This document shows positions 1 to 11,988 of a DNA stretch of 64,000 bases, one piece after another. Where the stretch lies: contig OZ025784.1 in the NCBI GenBank assembly GCA_964019425.1, positions 1,612,001 through 1,676,000 of the forward strand, in the 5' to 3' direction. This DNA is from Flectonema sp. DT1601. Lineage: Eukaryota. The translations under genes were made by a program, and so were the position numbers. Position 1 is the stretch's first letter, and the number at the start of each line of letters is the position of its first letter. The notes beneath the pieces are model-generated. The model was not told the origin of the DNA, did no database searches, and saw only the letters and a list, made by a program, of their open reading frames with translations.

Positions 1-432
1 TTAATGACCTTTATGTGGAGTTGTATTTGACATTTCCAGTACTCTTTACGTTTTTAGAACCTTGCGAGGCAAGAAGGAATACAAAAAAATAAAAAATAAA
101 AAATAAAAATAAAAATAAAAGAATTTTTAACAATGTTGTATGAATTGGAAGAATATTATTATTTTATACTACGGGTTGCGGGACTAACCCAACGGCGCAA
201 CTGAAAGCCACATTCGTAGACAACAGCCTCTTTGCCCGTACAGCAATTGATCAATGTGGAGTTTCAATATGATTAGGTTCATTCTTGTTGTTATTACCTG
301 ACTTTCAACATGTTCACAAACACAATATGACGGGTCATGAAAGAGAGAAAAACTATCCTTGAAGTGGAACTGACATCTGAAAAGGCTTTACCTCACTAAC
401 TTAATTACAGTCCCAAAGGGAAATAATAAAAA

Positions 433-1286
433 ATGGCACTCAGGGTAACCCCCAGAGCTCTCTCGTTCTACCCGCTGAGATCACCGAACTTCAAACAGCG
501 GGCGGATAAGGTTTTCTTTAGACCATGGGCACTATTTCCATTCTGTATGTTGCCTTGATAATGTGTTTTGTATTTATTGAAGTAAGTTAGTAAGGGATCA
601 TCGGAATTAAAAAACAAACAAACAGTGCATTCGACATTCCCAACTACTGATGCTCTTAAGTCATACAAGAGAAAGCGTGTTGAAGTTGAGCGTCCAGCTG
701 AGGCGTGGAGATGGGATCAGAGAGGTAACATTTGGTTGCCAAACGAGCACGAACAAGAAGAGTTCAACCATCTGTATGCATTTTATTAACGTGTTGTTGT
801 TTTTGTTGTTGTTGTTGTTTTTGTATTGTCTTTTATAATAATATTAAATAAACAGCCCATACGTTGGAGTTGGACACTTGTACGAAGAGCTTGCTGGATC
901 TGAAAAGAACCCAATCGTTCTCACTTTCAGTGGTTCAGAAGATGACGAATTCTTCTTCGCATGCACTGGTGACTGCGCACGTATGTAGATATTATGTTTC
1001 ACTTTATTATGTTCTCTGAATCTATAATGGTAGAGAAAACAAAACAAAAACAGCAAACATGGGTAAAGCCCCACGTTACTTCCAGATCTTTGGTAACACT
1101 ACTATGATGTGCCCAGACTGTGGTCAACACTTCCACGCCAAGGCTGTTGAGGATGTTATTTTAGATCCTGACTGTCCACGTAACTGGCCTGATCACCCAA
1201 GATTCAGACAGCCACTTTTGTACGAGGAGGTTGAAGAACTTATTGAGGAATGGTTAGACCGTGGTGTTGAGATTATGTTGTATTAA
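433..1286 (+). CDS. COX5B: Cytochrome c oxidase subunit Vb (COX5B/Cox4)-like, copy 1, 4 exons, 205 aa
   Basis: Manual splicing of exons 433-544, 626-773, 856-980 and 1054-1286 via GTATG..AG introns gives one ORF. It has an Arg-rich presequence-like N-terminus (MALRVTPRALS) and GSEKNPIVL..FACTGDC..RYFQI..MCPDCGQHF, which matches the COX5B zinc-site pattern. Confidence 0.75.
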
Positions 1287-1684
1287 GGATTCTACTACAG
1301 TGTCCCACTCTGCTTTCAAAAGCAAACCTGAACAAGCACGAGCTATGCTCATTGAGCCTCTGGCTAGCGATACCAGCCTTGGTTGGTTACCAAAAAAGAA
1401 ATAAAAAAACGAGAAAAAAGAAACTAACAAAGTATATATTCGGTAAATATTTGCGATCTCTCTACGAACAAGGATCACAGTGTACCAGTGTTTTTTCAAT
1501 TAGCTAGCGAGTGTTGACGTAGTTATGTTATCTGGCAGTCTGTTGTTGGTTTCGTATTCTAATTATTTCAGGGAAATAATTTAATAAATGAGATTTGAGC
1601 TCGAGATGATTATTCTATTCTGTTATTACGTATTTAGAGTACATTGGTAATCTTAGTTACAGTCCCAAAGGGAAATAATAAAAA

Positions 1685-2046
1685 ATGGCACTCAGGGTAA
1701 CCCCCAGAGCTCTCTCGTTCTACCCGCTGAGATCACCGAACTTCAAACAGCGGGCGGATAAGGTTTTCTTTAGACCATGGGCACTATTTCCATTCTGTAT
1801 GTTGCCTTGATAATGTGTTTTGTATTTATTGAGTTAGTTGAGGGGACGGAACTAATAAATAAAAAAACAAACAAACAGTGCATTCGACATTCCCAACTAC
1901 TGATGCTCTTAAATCATACAAGAGAAAGCGTGTTGAAGTTGAGCGTCCAGCTGAGGCGTGGAGATGGGATCAGAGAGGTAACATCTGGTTGCCAAACGAG
2001 CACGAACAAGAAGAGTTCAACCATCTGTATGCATTTTACTAACATG

Positions 2047-2081
<35 letters not shown>

Positions 2082-2546
2082 TTGTATTGTCTTTTATAAT
2101 AATATTAAATAAACAGCCCATACGTTGGAGTTGGACACTTGTACGAAGAGCTTGCTGGATCTGAAAAGAACCCTATCGTTCTCACTTTCAGTGGTTCAGA
2201 AGATGACGAATTCTTCTTCGCATGCACTGGTGACTGCGCACGTATGTTGATTTTGTTTTCACTTTATTATGTTCTCTGAATCTATAATGGTAGAGAAAAC
2301 AAAACAAAAACAGCAAACATGGGTAAAGCCCCACGTTACTTCCAGATCTTTGGTAACACTACTATGATGTGCCCAGACTGTGGTCAACACTTCCACGCCA
2401 AGGCTGTTGAGGATGTTATTTTAGATCCTGACTGTCCACGTAACTGGCCTGATCACCCAAGATTTAGACAGCCACTTTTGTACGAGGAGGTTGAAGAACT
2501 TATTGAGGAATGGTTAGACCGTGGTGTTGAGATTATGTTGTACTAG
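1685..2546 (+). CDS. COX5B: COX5B-like, tandem copy 2 (same protein)
   Basis: Exons 1685-1796, 1879-2026, 2117-2241, 2314-2546. The coding differences I saw versus copy 1 are synonymous. Confidence 0.75.
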
Positions 2547-3240
2547 AGCTTTGCGCATTTTCGCAATCATTTCTTTTATTTTTATTTGTTTCCCCAGTTT
2601 GAAACACTGCCGTTTGTAAGTACAAACGTCTGTGTGAAAAGCGCCAAAAAACCAATATTCGGCCCTATTAATTCTCTTTTCCCATTCCCCATTTTATCTT
2701 ACGGGAGTCAAAGGAATCTTTATACCATTAGCAAACAACGTTATCTTGGGAAGTAGCAGCTTCTTGTTATCATGCTGCTGAATTCGATGAGGGCTCCATT
2801 GCGAAGGAGGTACGCTATTTTCAAAAAAAAAAAAAAAAAAACAACTCCGAAATTGTATTTGCGTTATAATTACTGTTTTCATGTTTTTTTTTTTTTTTTT
2901 TTTGGTATTTTGTCACGTAGTGAGAGTGTAAGGCGTCTCTTCCTACGAAATTTTATATTTCTTCGGGCAGTGTTCACCTTTTTTTCAATTATTTCTTTTT
3001 ATTTTTTTATTTCTACTACCTCGGTGCCTATGACCGCCGTGCCTGCATCGATCCCAAGCGATTCCTCATTTTTCAGAATTAGTCGGCATGCTGGTTTAGT
3101 GTTGTCATGCTGTCTTGTTAAGTATAGGTTCAGACAATAAGTTTATTACATTATCTAATACAGAGTTAAAAATATGAGAAGGAATAGCCATGTGAATATT
3201 ACTAATGGTAATTATTATTTTGGAAGAGGAGAAAAAAAAA

Positions 3241-3305
3241 AAAGAGTTGTTCAGAACAGCGAAAAAACCTTTTGGGTGCAGGTGACAGGCAACGGAGAAT
3301 TTTCC
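3241..3305. mobile_element. Partial (right-end) copy of the MITE at 25902-26119
   Basis: AAAGAGTTGTTCA..AGCGAAAAA..TTGGGTG..GGCAACGGAGAATTTTCC matches the 3' half and TIR of that element. Confidence 0.55.
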
Positions 3306-3348
3306 TTATTTTTTTTAATATTAACAGGCAGTTGGGTTCCTCAGTACG

Positions 3349-4284
3349 ATGTACTACAATAATAATAATAATGATGATTGGGGACGTCGGAATGATGCGG
3401 ATGTTCCAAAGAGAAAGTGTGCACTTCACGGCAGTATTCGAAGCCAACCGTACATGAGTGATATCGGAGGTGATACTTGGACTTGTAGATCTGATGACGT
3501 ATGCAGGACTAGTGTTAACGACAGATTATCATTCTCAATGAGAGACCCTGAAAACGCTGAGATGCTCAGAAAGATATTAAACAAGTGTGGATCGACTGAA
3601 ACTGGAATCTGTCCAATAAAACTCGGAAAAGTCCTACGAGTCAGAGCAGTAGATCCCCCAGGTAAAGAAAAAGGATGCTACAAACTCTGTTATGATTGGT
3701 TAGCTAAAAGAGATTGTACATATCCCTGTAACTATGCTCACGATCAAAACCAACTCGACTTACCAACGTCACCAGGTCTAACACAATTATTACTCTTACT
3801 CAGACTTCCATTATCTGGAATACCCAACTGGGGTAGATCTGAACCCAGATGTCTATCTCTTGATCATGAAGAAGAGAAGATGATTGTTAAAGCCGTGGAG
3901 TCACTTGATCCAGATAATGAACCCGTCATTGTAAAGGCAGCTACATCACTATTAACACTCGCTAAGAAACCTCACGCTGTTGCTGAGTGTGTTGTAAAAC
4001 AACTGTCACAATGTCCAACTGACTTGGGAAAGTTAATGCAAATTGTTTACTTAATAGCTGTCGCAACAACTAGCCCAAAAGATCCTCAGGCAGCTCAGCG
4101 CGTAGCTGATGGATTCCGACATCATCTTCAGAAGTTGTTTTCCGACGCGAGACGTATCGCAGCAGCTGATGGTTCGTCTGAAGAAGTTGAAGGACATCTT
4201 CAGCAAGTTATCGACTCCTGGAGACGCATTGACGTGTTTGACGTTAGACTGCTACAGTCTCTTCAAATTACTACTTCTACATAA
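3349..4284 (+). CDS. CCCH zinc finger + C-terminal CID/RPR-like domain protein
   Basis: 311-aa ORF. CYDWLAKRDCTYPCNYAH is CCCH-like; KLMQIVYLI...LQQVIDSWRRIDVF resembles the CTD-interacting domain. Confidence 0.65.
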   Translation: MYYNNNNNDDWGRRNDADVPKRKCALHGSIRSQPYMSDIGGDTWTCRSDDVCRTSVNDRLSFSMRDPENAEMLRKILNKCGSTETGICPIKLGKVLRVRAVDPPGKEKGCYKLCYDWLAKRDCTYPCNYAHDQNQLDLPTSPGLTQLLLLLRLPLSGIPNWGRSEPRCLSLDHEEEKMIVKAVESLDPDNEPVIVKAATSLLTLAKKPHAVAECVVKQLSQCPTDLGKLMQIVYLIAVATTSPKDPQAAQRVADGFRHHLQKLFSDARRIAAADGSSEEVEGHLQQVIDSWRRIDVFDVRLLQSLQITTST

Positions 4285-4984
4285 CTGTCAGTTGAGTGGA
4301 GGTCTTATCCAACACGATTTCTATTTACACGAGACATCGTTAATTCTTTTTTAACAATTACTTTTTATTGTCGACCGATATAAGAAAAAAAAAAAAAAAA
4401 AAAAAGAAACTGTCTGTTTTTTTTTGGGATTCTGTTGATTGTTTTGTGCGTTTAAAAAAAAAAAAAAAAATCCGGCTGTTTTTTTTTTCCCCTCTTTTTT
4501 TTTTCTTCATAGTAAAGAGCCGATTCTTTTACTTAAGTAGGGCACACTTTACTCATACACTTCGATTGCAGCCTTTTGTTTTTATTGTTGTTGTGGACTT
4601 GTTCTCTTTTTGAAAGAAGAAAAAGAAGTAAACAGAATGTGCTCGCAACATCATCGTTTTTTCGTCCTAATTTATGGAAAATTTTCACCTATTACACGTG
4701 TATCCTTTAGTTTGCTTTTTCTATATATATATTTTTTTTAGTATTTGTTTGGCGTTGGAACGAAGCTTTTATTAGTCTGGAGGGGGGAGGAGTTTACCCC
4801 TTCGCTACCTGTTTCAAATTATTTGTACGTACCGCGACCGCATTTTTCTTTTTTAATTTCCCGTTGTTCAGTTAACTTAGTAAAGAAGAAAACAAAAAGA
4901 AAACATCGACAGAAACTTAACTATTGAATCGTTTACTATCTGTATAGGTCAGATATATAGAAATCGATTAAGGCAGTTTTATTT

Positions 4985-5130
4985 TATTTTTTTTATTGAT
5001 ACCTAAAAATCTTGCATCGGCGAAAATTACTATTATCAACGAGGGTTACAACGTCCCTTCACTCTTGAAGATAGTCCGTGAGCTTACCAAGATATTTGTG
5101 TGCTGGGATTTATCAAAAAAAAAAAAAAAA
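4985..5130. repeat. Short dispersed repeat (MITE-like), related to 57640-57890
   Basis: Shares GGCGAAAAT..TTATCAAC, CGTCCCTTCAC and TCCGT(G/A)AGCTTACCA..GGATTT blocks; T-rich start and A-rich end. Boundaries approximate. Confidence 0.45.
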
Positions 5131-5312
5131 GACATGGCGTAATCTAACTAAGTAGTCTTTTGTTAGTGTTTTCTTGTTATCTTTTCACACATTGAAATAG
5201 AAATCATCGTTGACAGTCGTGTAGTTTGCGATGTTTGTTTTCATATTATAAGTTGTCGTTTTAACAACAATCATTTTAATACTTCCTCACCAAAGCAGAT
5301 TAATTCATAATT

Positions 5313-7153
5313 ATGATAAGAACCCCTGGAGCAGGTCGTGGATGGAACAATCGCGGACCAACACGACCAATTCCTTCGGCAAATAACTCGATTCCGGTTG
5401 CTACTGCAATTCAACAGAATAAAAAAGAAAGTGATTTTCTGGTACCGATGTTACCATTTGATACAAAGATCAGAAGTGTACAAGAATACAAAGCTAGAAG
5501 TCCTCATAGAAGATTTATCAACGAAAAGATGTTGAGAATACGAGCTGACTGGGTTGATGCAGAGGTAGGAGACCTGGACTTGTACGCAAACACAAATGCG
5601 ATTGAAATTACTGATGACAGCCCTGTTGAAGATACGGAAACAAAACAACCAGAAAGCAGTGATTGTGTCAATGCGAGGGTATTTTTAAACTCTCCACTTC
5701 TATCTGAAGACCAACCAGAGAGACATATCCTCCACAGGATCGACATACTCGGCTCGTCTGTAATAACAACAACCAGACAACTTCGTACTTACGGAGGCAA
5801 TGTTCCAGCTGGGACTAAATCTGAAATAATAAATTCGTTAATCGAAGTTGTGAAATCACAGTGTGGACTTGACCTCTCCTCAGTAAAGAAATGGACTCAG
5901 TTGGGAACCATCGAATACGAGGTCGGAAATCCTCCGACGACATTCTTTTATCCTCACGTTAGTACTTCAGAAAGTAAATTAATTATAAGATCTCTAATTA
6001 AGACTACCACAGAGACATTCGATGAGGAAGTAGAAACTGAAGACCCTGAAACGACAACGATGGTAAAAACAATTGAAACAAGAAAGAAGTCAAACGTTAA
6101 TAGGATTATGACCCCAATTAGAATGTCGTTAGCTACTCTACGTGACTACGCGTTAGCAGCAACAACTCATCACGAGACTTATGAACTTTGTGTGGCTGTC
6201 GATCTATTCGATGAGTGGATTCGCAGAGATTTTGTAACTAAAATCGCCAACACTCTCACAGAACGACTCTCAGCTACCGACTATGAAGTTGAAGCGGAAA
6301 ACAGAATCCGTCTCCGCAAGAAGCGTCTTTCTGAAGAGGAAGTTTCCTGCAAACGCAGAAAAGAATCAAAAATACTAATTCTCAAAAAACAATGGGAACT
6401 TGATGACGTTGGTAAGACTGACGAGGATAAGAAAGACGTATGTGATACTACCTGACTATGATTGGGTGGTTTATATTTATTTTTCAAGAATATTTCAAAA
6501 ACACAATCACAAACAGTCGGAAGCGCAACGAGCAATGCTTCTATGCGATCTCGATAACGAAGAAAAACTTCAAATGGAAAAGTTCACCGGACAGCAACAT
6601 GATGAAGAAACAAAAGAGAAAGCCAAGACACAGACTGTTGCTGTTAGAAATATTAAATCCTTCGACATGTTTCAATTCATTGACAGACCGAAGGGCAATA
6701 GTCTGTTGACTAGCACACATATAAACAGGGATTGGGTATGTGTTATTTCTGTAACAACCGTAGTCAGCAATCGTTCCTTTCCCTACACCCGTATCTTTAC
6801 TGTTTTTTTGACTTCAGAGTCATGAGATAGCGAAACTATTAGTTTCTCAGTAAATAAAAAATAACAAACAGCTTGCGCAACAGCTTCTGTGTCTCAAGGA
6901 AGAACGTACTTTTGGAGAATGTCTTCAGCTAGCAACACAGAATGGTAAATACCAAAAGAATGAACCTGTTGACTACAAACATTTATCTACTGAGAGAAAG
7001 TTAGTATCAGACATCGATACTTCAACTGCAGAACAGATTGATGAACAACAGGAAGATGAAAACATAAATTACATCGCAACGACTGCATCAAACGAAGATG
7101 ACGTCCCCAATGACGATACTCCAATGGACGATGCTCTTGATGCCGATTGTTAA
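5313..7153 (+). CDS. CCAR1/CCAR2(DBC1)-like protein, 3 exons
   Basis: Exons 5313-6437, 6517-6735 and 6872-7153 splice in frame (phase-0 GTATGT..ACAG introns). VKSQCGLDLSSVKKW resembles the DBC1 domain; MSLATLRDY..ETYELCVAVDLFDEWIRRDF resembles the conserved CCAR1 block; a coiled coil and a degenerate EF-hand-like segment follow. Confidence 0.7.
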
Positions 7154-7554
7154 AAGAATTATTTATATTTCTGTAATGTTATTATTACTTTTAGTTAATC
7201 TCTCATTTCGTATATAGATGTGATTTATCATTCATATTGTACTCACAAGTACTCTACTTAAGACTAAAGATGCATTTTGATGAGTTGTTTGTTAATAAAC
7301 TTTAACAAAGACAGCTCTTCATTACTTATTGTTGCATCACAACTGTTGTGGTGTTTCTGATTGATTACATAGTAGTAAAGAGTTTAGATAATATTATTGT
7401 TATTTATTATTTCTTCTCATCATCAGATGCTACCTTCTTAATAGTGCATCAGGTTGTTGTTGTAATCTTGTTTTCAATTAGTAGTTCACATCCTGTCTTT
7501 TGTTCTGGTGGTGGGAAATCTAATTTCTAATTACCTTCTGCAGCACACACTGTG

Positions 7555-9507
7555 ATGAATAAGTTGCTGCGATTTCGAAAACCGTACGTTGGGACCCCGT
7601 CAGCACTGCATGCGAAGATTCTAATTGACGGAAGGTTTGCCTGTTGGGTGTTTTGATTTCTGTATTCGCAATACTTCGTACTTGTGTTCCCTGACAAAGT
7701 TTCTTCTTTAACTTATTTTGTTCCTTTTTCGTCGTGAGGGCATTCGAGTGCTCGTTGTTTTCACTTTGTTGCACATCTTTGAAGAACTCGTGTGTCCTCA
7801 TCAACACACAAACAGTGTTCCTTGTTTGAAGACTATTGAGAAGTTGAATGAAAAAGGTTTTGATGGAAGTTACGACCAGGTGTTGATCTTCTTCTGTTTT
7901 AGTTCTCTTTTCTGTGAATCTCACATTGCAACCTCCGAGTGCAATGCAGCCAACTGAGTGTTGACAACCACTTCAATACCTCACTCAATCAGATTTGTCA
8001 AGCACGTAGTCTACAGCGAGCAAGAGTTGGCAGCGAGACGGCACTCGCTGATTGGAAGGTTGGTAAGTTCCCCATAAGAGATGTTTTGTGTGAGAGGAAA
8101 CCTTACGTTGGGAAGCCATCGAAGGAACATGAAAGGATTCTGATTGACAAAAGGTATTCTTTTGTTTGAATTGAAAGCACTCCTGTTGTGCAACTGGCAA
8201 TCGAATACCACAACTGAATACTAATTACAGCGTTTCGTATGCAGAGACGGGTCGTAGGTTGGATGCCATGGGATATGATGGGAATTTCAATCAGGTGTGT
8301 GTTTGTTGTAACGTGAGAATGTGTTTCTCTCATTACTCGTAGTGCCTAGTATTCGCGTTGTACTGTTGGTGTTGATTTGATGTCACACGTTGAGGAATTG
8401 ATTTGGAGTAGAGTCTGCAATGTTTCTAAATTAGTAAAACTGTTTAGCAATTCATCTTATTGCTTCTCAGCTTTGATCGATTTAAATAACTTTAATCTGA
8501 ATCAGATAACAACTGCGAGACGAAACCAGTTTGCGAGAGTTGGTATGGACGCTGACCAACGTGACAGGGAACACATCACAGTCATCTTATCGAAGAGGAA
8601 ACCTTACGTTGGGAAGCCATCGAAGGAACATGAAAGGATTCTGATTGACAAAAGGTATTCTTTTGTTTGAATTGAAAGCACTCCTGTTGTGCAACTGACA
8701 ATCGAATACCACAACTGAATACTAATTACAGCGTTTCGTATGCAGAGACGGGTCGTAGGTTGGACGCCATGGGATATGATGGGAATTACCATCAGGTGTG
8801 TGTGTGTTGTACCGTGAGTATGTAGTGTCCGCGTCATCTTTCATTACATTACAGTCATTTAAGGTATTAAAAAGACAGATAAAATACTCCCGTTTCAATC
8901 AAAGAGCATCAATCGGTAGGTCTCAGCAAGTGGGGAAGTCTCAACAGACTAATTCCCGTTGGTCTCCTTCCATCAACTTCGTTGGGAAGACGAGGGATGG
9001 CGGGGAGTACCTGGTGGTGGTTGGGACGGGGATCACGGATCTGACGAGCTGCAGGGTGGATGGAAAGACTGATGCGGCTGTGCACGTGACGGTGTGTCAG
9101 AATCTGAAAGGAGAGGACGTGGAGTTGGAGGCGGGGGAGTACACCAACTCGGTATGTGAATCCTCATAATGAATAGCATTGTGTGCACTGTGTGGTGATG
9201 TTGGAGCAGAAATGCCATCCGTGGTGTTTGCCTGAGAATAGAAAGGCAGGGCGGAGAAAACAATTCACAGCGGAGGCTGCCCTCAGGGATATTGCCGGAA
9301 GCAGGTGGGAAGTGCCGAGTGAGGATCGAAGGAGGTGTGGCGATGTTGAGGATCCCCATCGTGAAAGACGTTTTGTCTGTTCCGCAGGTGGTGGAGGTGG
9401 TTGAGGGTGTGAGGAGTTGGGAGGAGTTGCTGGAGGAAGTAGTACCAGAGGTAGTGCTGAAGGAAGAAGTGATGAAAGCATCCGTCCCTGTTGATGAGGA
9501 GTCTTGA
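7555..9507 (+). CDS. HTH-like repeat + alpha-crystallin-like protein, copy 1 (3 repeats, 8 exons, 363 aa)
   Basis: Exons 7555-7634, 7816-7879, 7993-8153, 8231-8294, 8506-8654, 8732-8795, 8879-9151 and 9271-9507 join by GT-AG into one uninterrupted ORF. Helix motifs: YDQ|ICQARS, FNQ|ITTARR, YHQ|IKYSRF. The start codon is less certain. Confidence 0.8.
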
Positions 9508-10193
9508 CAGGACACTCTGATTCCTATTTGATGAACCATCTCTCATAGTTCCCTTGTGTTGAATGTTGACCTCTTTTAGTATTACTTGAATCTTTGTTAT
9601 CAACAGGGAGTACAACATCATAATGTAAATAGTACTTGAGTAGTGAAGTAAAGGATTACAAGAATAATGATTGAGAATAGTTCTGTAGAATAACCAAAAG
9701 GTTTAAAGTCCTTTAATATCAATTTCTTAATAAATAGGAGTTCAAAGTACTTCTCAAGGGAAGAAGATGATGATGATGATGATGTATTATAAAGAAACAA
9801 TAAAATAAAATTCGATTTTGTAATAATCGTAATTGTTAGTAATGAATTGATAAATAATATATTTTTTTCAGTCAAAAAAAAGTAATGTAAATTGTTTACA
9901 GATGGCAGCTGAAGAGTGAGGAACTGATTGTTTGTTTTTTCTTCATATTTGGATTCTCTGAGTTAGTGTTATCGAGTAGCATTCTAACATCTCGTGGAAT
10001 ACAATCAGATTCCTAATTGATCGTCTCACAGCTAATTTAATGAATTGGTTCACAGATGATGACAAAAGAACAAAGCTAATTCAACTCTGTTAGAGAACTG
10101 TTGACCGCAGAGTAAGTAATCGGAGGCATTTTATGATTCTGTTCTGGTGGTGGGAAATCTAATTTCTAATTACCTTCTGCAGCATACACTGTG

Positions 10194-11677
10194 ATGAATA
10201 AGTTGCTGCGATTTCGAAAACCGTACGTTGGGACCCCGTCAGCACTGCATGCGAAGATTCTAATTGACAGAAGGTTTGCCTGTTGGGTGTTTTGATTTCT
10301 GTATTTGGAATACTTCGTACTTGTGTTCCCTGACAAAGTTTCTTCTTTAACTTATTTTGTTCCTTTTTTGTCGTGAGGGCATTCGAGTGTTCGTTGTTTT
10401 CACTTTGTTGCACATCTTTGAAGAACTTGTCTGTCCTCATCAACACACAAACAGTGTTCCTTGTTTGAAGACTATTGAGAAGTTGAATGAAAAAGGTTTT
10501 GATGGAAGTTACGACCAGGTGTTGATCTCTTCTTCTGTTTTAGTTCTCTTTTCTGTTAATCTCACATTGCAACCTCCGAGTGCAATGCAGCCAACTGAGT
10601 GTTGACAACCACTTCAATACCTCACTCAATTAGATTTGTCAAGCACGTAGTCTACAGCGAGCACCAGTTTGCACAGAGAAGACACTCGCTGATTGGAAGG
10701 TTGGTAAGTTCCCCATTGGAGATGTTTTATCTGAGAGGAAACCTTACGTTGGGAAGCCATCGAAGGAACATGAAAGGATTCTGATTGACAAAAGGTATTC
10801 TTTTGTTTGAATTGAAAGCACTCCTGTTGTGCAACTGGCAATCGAATACCACAACTGAATACTAATTACAGCGTTTCGTATGCAGAGACGGGTCGTAGGT
10901 TGGATGCCATGGGATATGATGGGAATTACCATCAGGTGTGTGTTTGTTGTACCGTAAGAATGTAGTATCCGCTTCATCTTTCATTACTCTTCCAAGTTGA
11001 AGTAGAGTTTATATGTCATTTAAGGTTTTAAAACGACAGATAAAATACTCCCGTTTCAATCAAAGAGCTTCAATCGGTATGTCTCAGCAAGTGGGGAAGT
11101 CTCAACAGACTAGTTCCCGTTGGTCTCCTTCCATCAACTTCGTTGGGAAGACGAGGGATGGCGGGGAGTACCTAGTGGTGGTTGGGACGGGGATCACGGA
11201 GCTGACGAGCTGCAGGGTGGATGGAAAGACTGATGCGGCTGTGCACGTGACGGTGTGTCAAAATCTGAAAGGAGAGGACGTGGAGTTGGAGGAGGGGGAG
11301 TACACCAACTCGGTATGTGAATCCTCATAATGAATAGCATTGTGTGCACTGTGTGGTGATGTTGGAGCAGAAATGCCATCCGTGGTGTTTGCCTGAGAAT
11401 AGAAAGGTTGGAAGAAGAAAACAATTCACAGCGGAGGCTGCCCTCAGGGATCTTGCCGGAAGCAGGTGGGAAGTGCCGAGTGAGGATCGAAGGAGGTGTG
11501 GCGATGTTGAGGATCCCCATCGTGAAAGACGTTTTGTCTGTTCCGCAGGTGGTGGAGGTGGTTGAGGGTGGGAAGGGTGTGAGGAGTTGGGAGGAGTTGC
11601 TGGAGGAAGTAGTACCAGAGGTAGTGCTGAAGGAAGAAGTGATGAAAGCATCCGTCCCTGTTGATGAGGAGTCTTGA
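10194..11677 (+). CDS. HTH-like repeat + alpha-crystallin-like protein, copy 2 (2 repeats)
   Basis: Same exon plan; variable exons start at 10634 (YDQ|ICQARS) and 11040 (YHQ|IKYSRF). Confidence 0.8.
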
Positions 11678-11988
11678 CAGGTCACTCTGATTCCTATTTG
11701 ATGAACCATCTCTCATAGTTCCCTTGTGTTGAATGTTGACCTCTTTTAGTATTACTTGAATCTTTGTTATCAACAGGGAGTACAACATCATAATGTAAAT
11801 AGTACTTGAGTAGTGAAGTAAAGGATTACAAGAATAATGATTGAGAATAGTTCTGTAGAATAACCGAAAGGTTTAAAGTTCTTTAATATCAATTTCTTAA
11901 TAAATAAGAGTTCACAGTACTTCTCAAGGGAAGAAGATGATGATGATGATGATGTATTATAAAGAAACAATAAAATAAAACAATAGAT

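Noticed and set aside
8160..8175. Stop-codon readthrough or an alternative genetic code to explain stops after ..IDKRYSFV*
   Set aside because: The stops lie inside a canonical GT..CTAAT..AG intron; the standard code gives intact ORFs.
7555..9507. Repeats as RiPP/KEX2-type peptide precursor cores
   Set aside because: No signal peptide, no consistent dibasic sites around short cores, no modifying enzymes nearby; the long helical scaffold is conserved.
9033..9621. Minus-strand ORFs recurring in each unit (MVHQIGIRV.., MLSSLLPS.., MMLYSLL..)
   Set aside because: Antisense shadows of the GC-rich terminal exons; their lengths vary with indels that fall inside the + strand intron.
9902..10182. 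Possible extra 5' exons (ATGGCAGCTGAAGA|GT.., ..GCAGA|GTAAGT) for the HTH-like genes
   Set aside because: I could not build a stop-free frame through them, and copies 1 and 6 lack the segment. May be UTR or relic exons.
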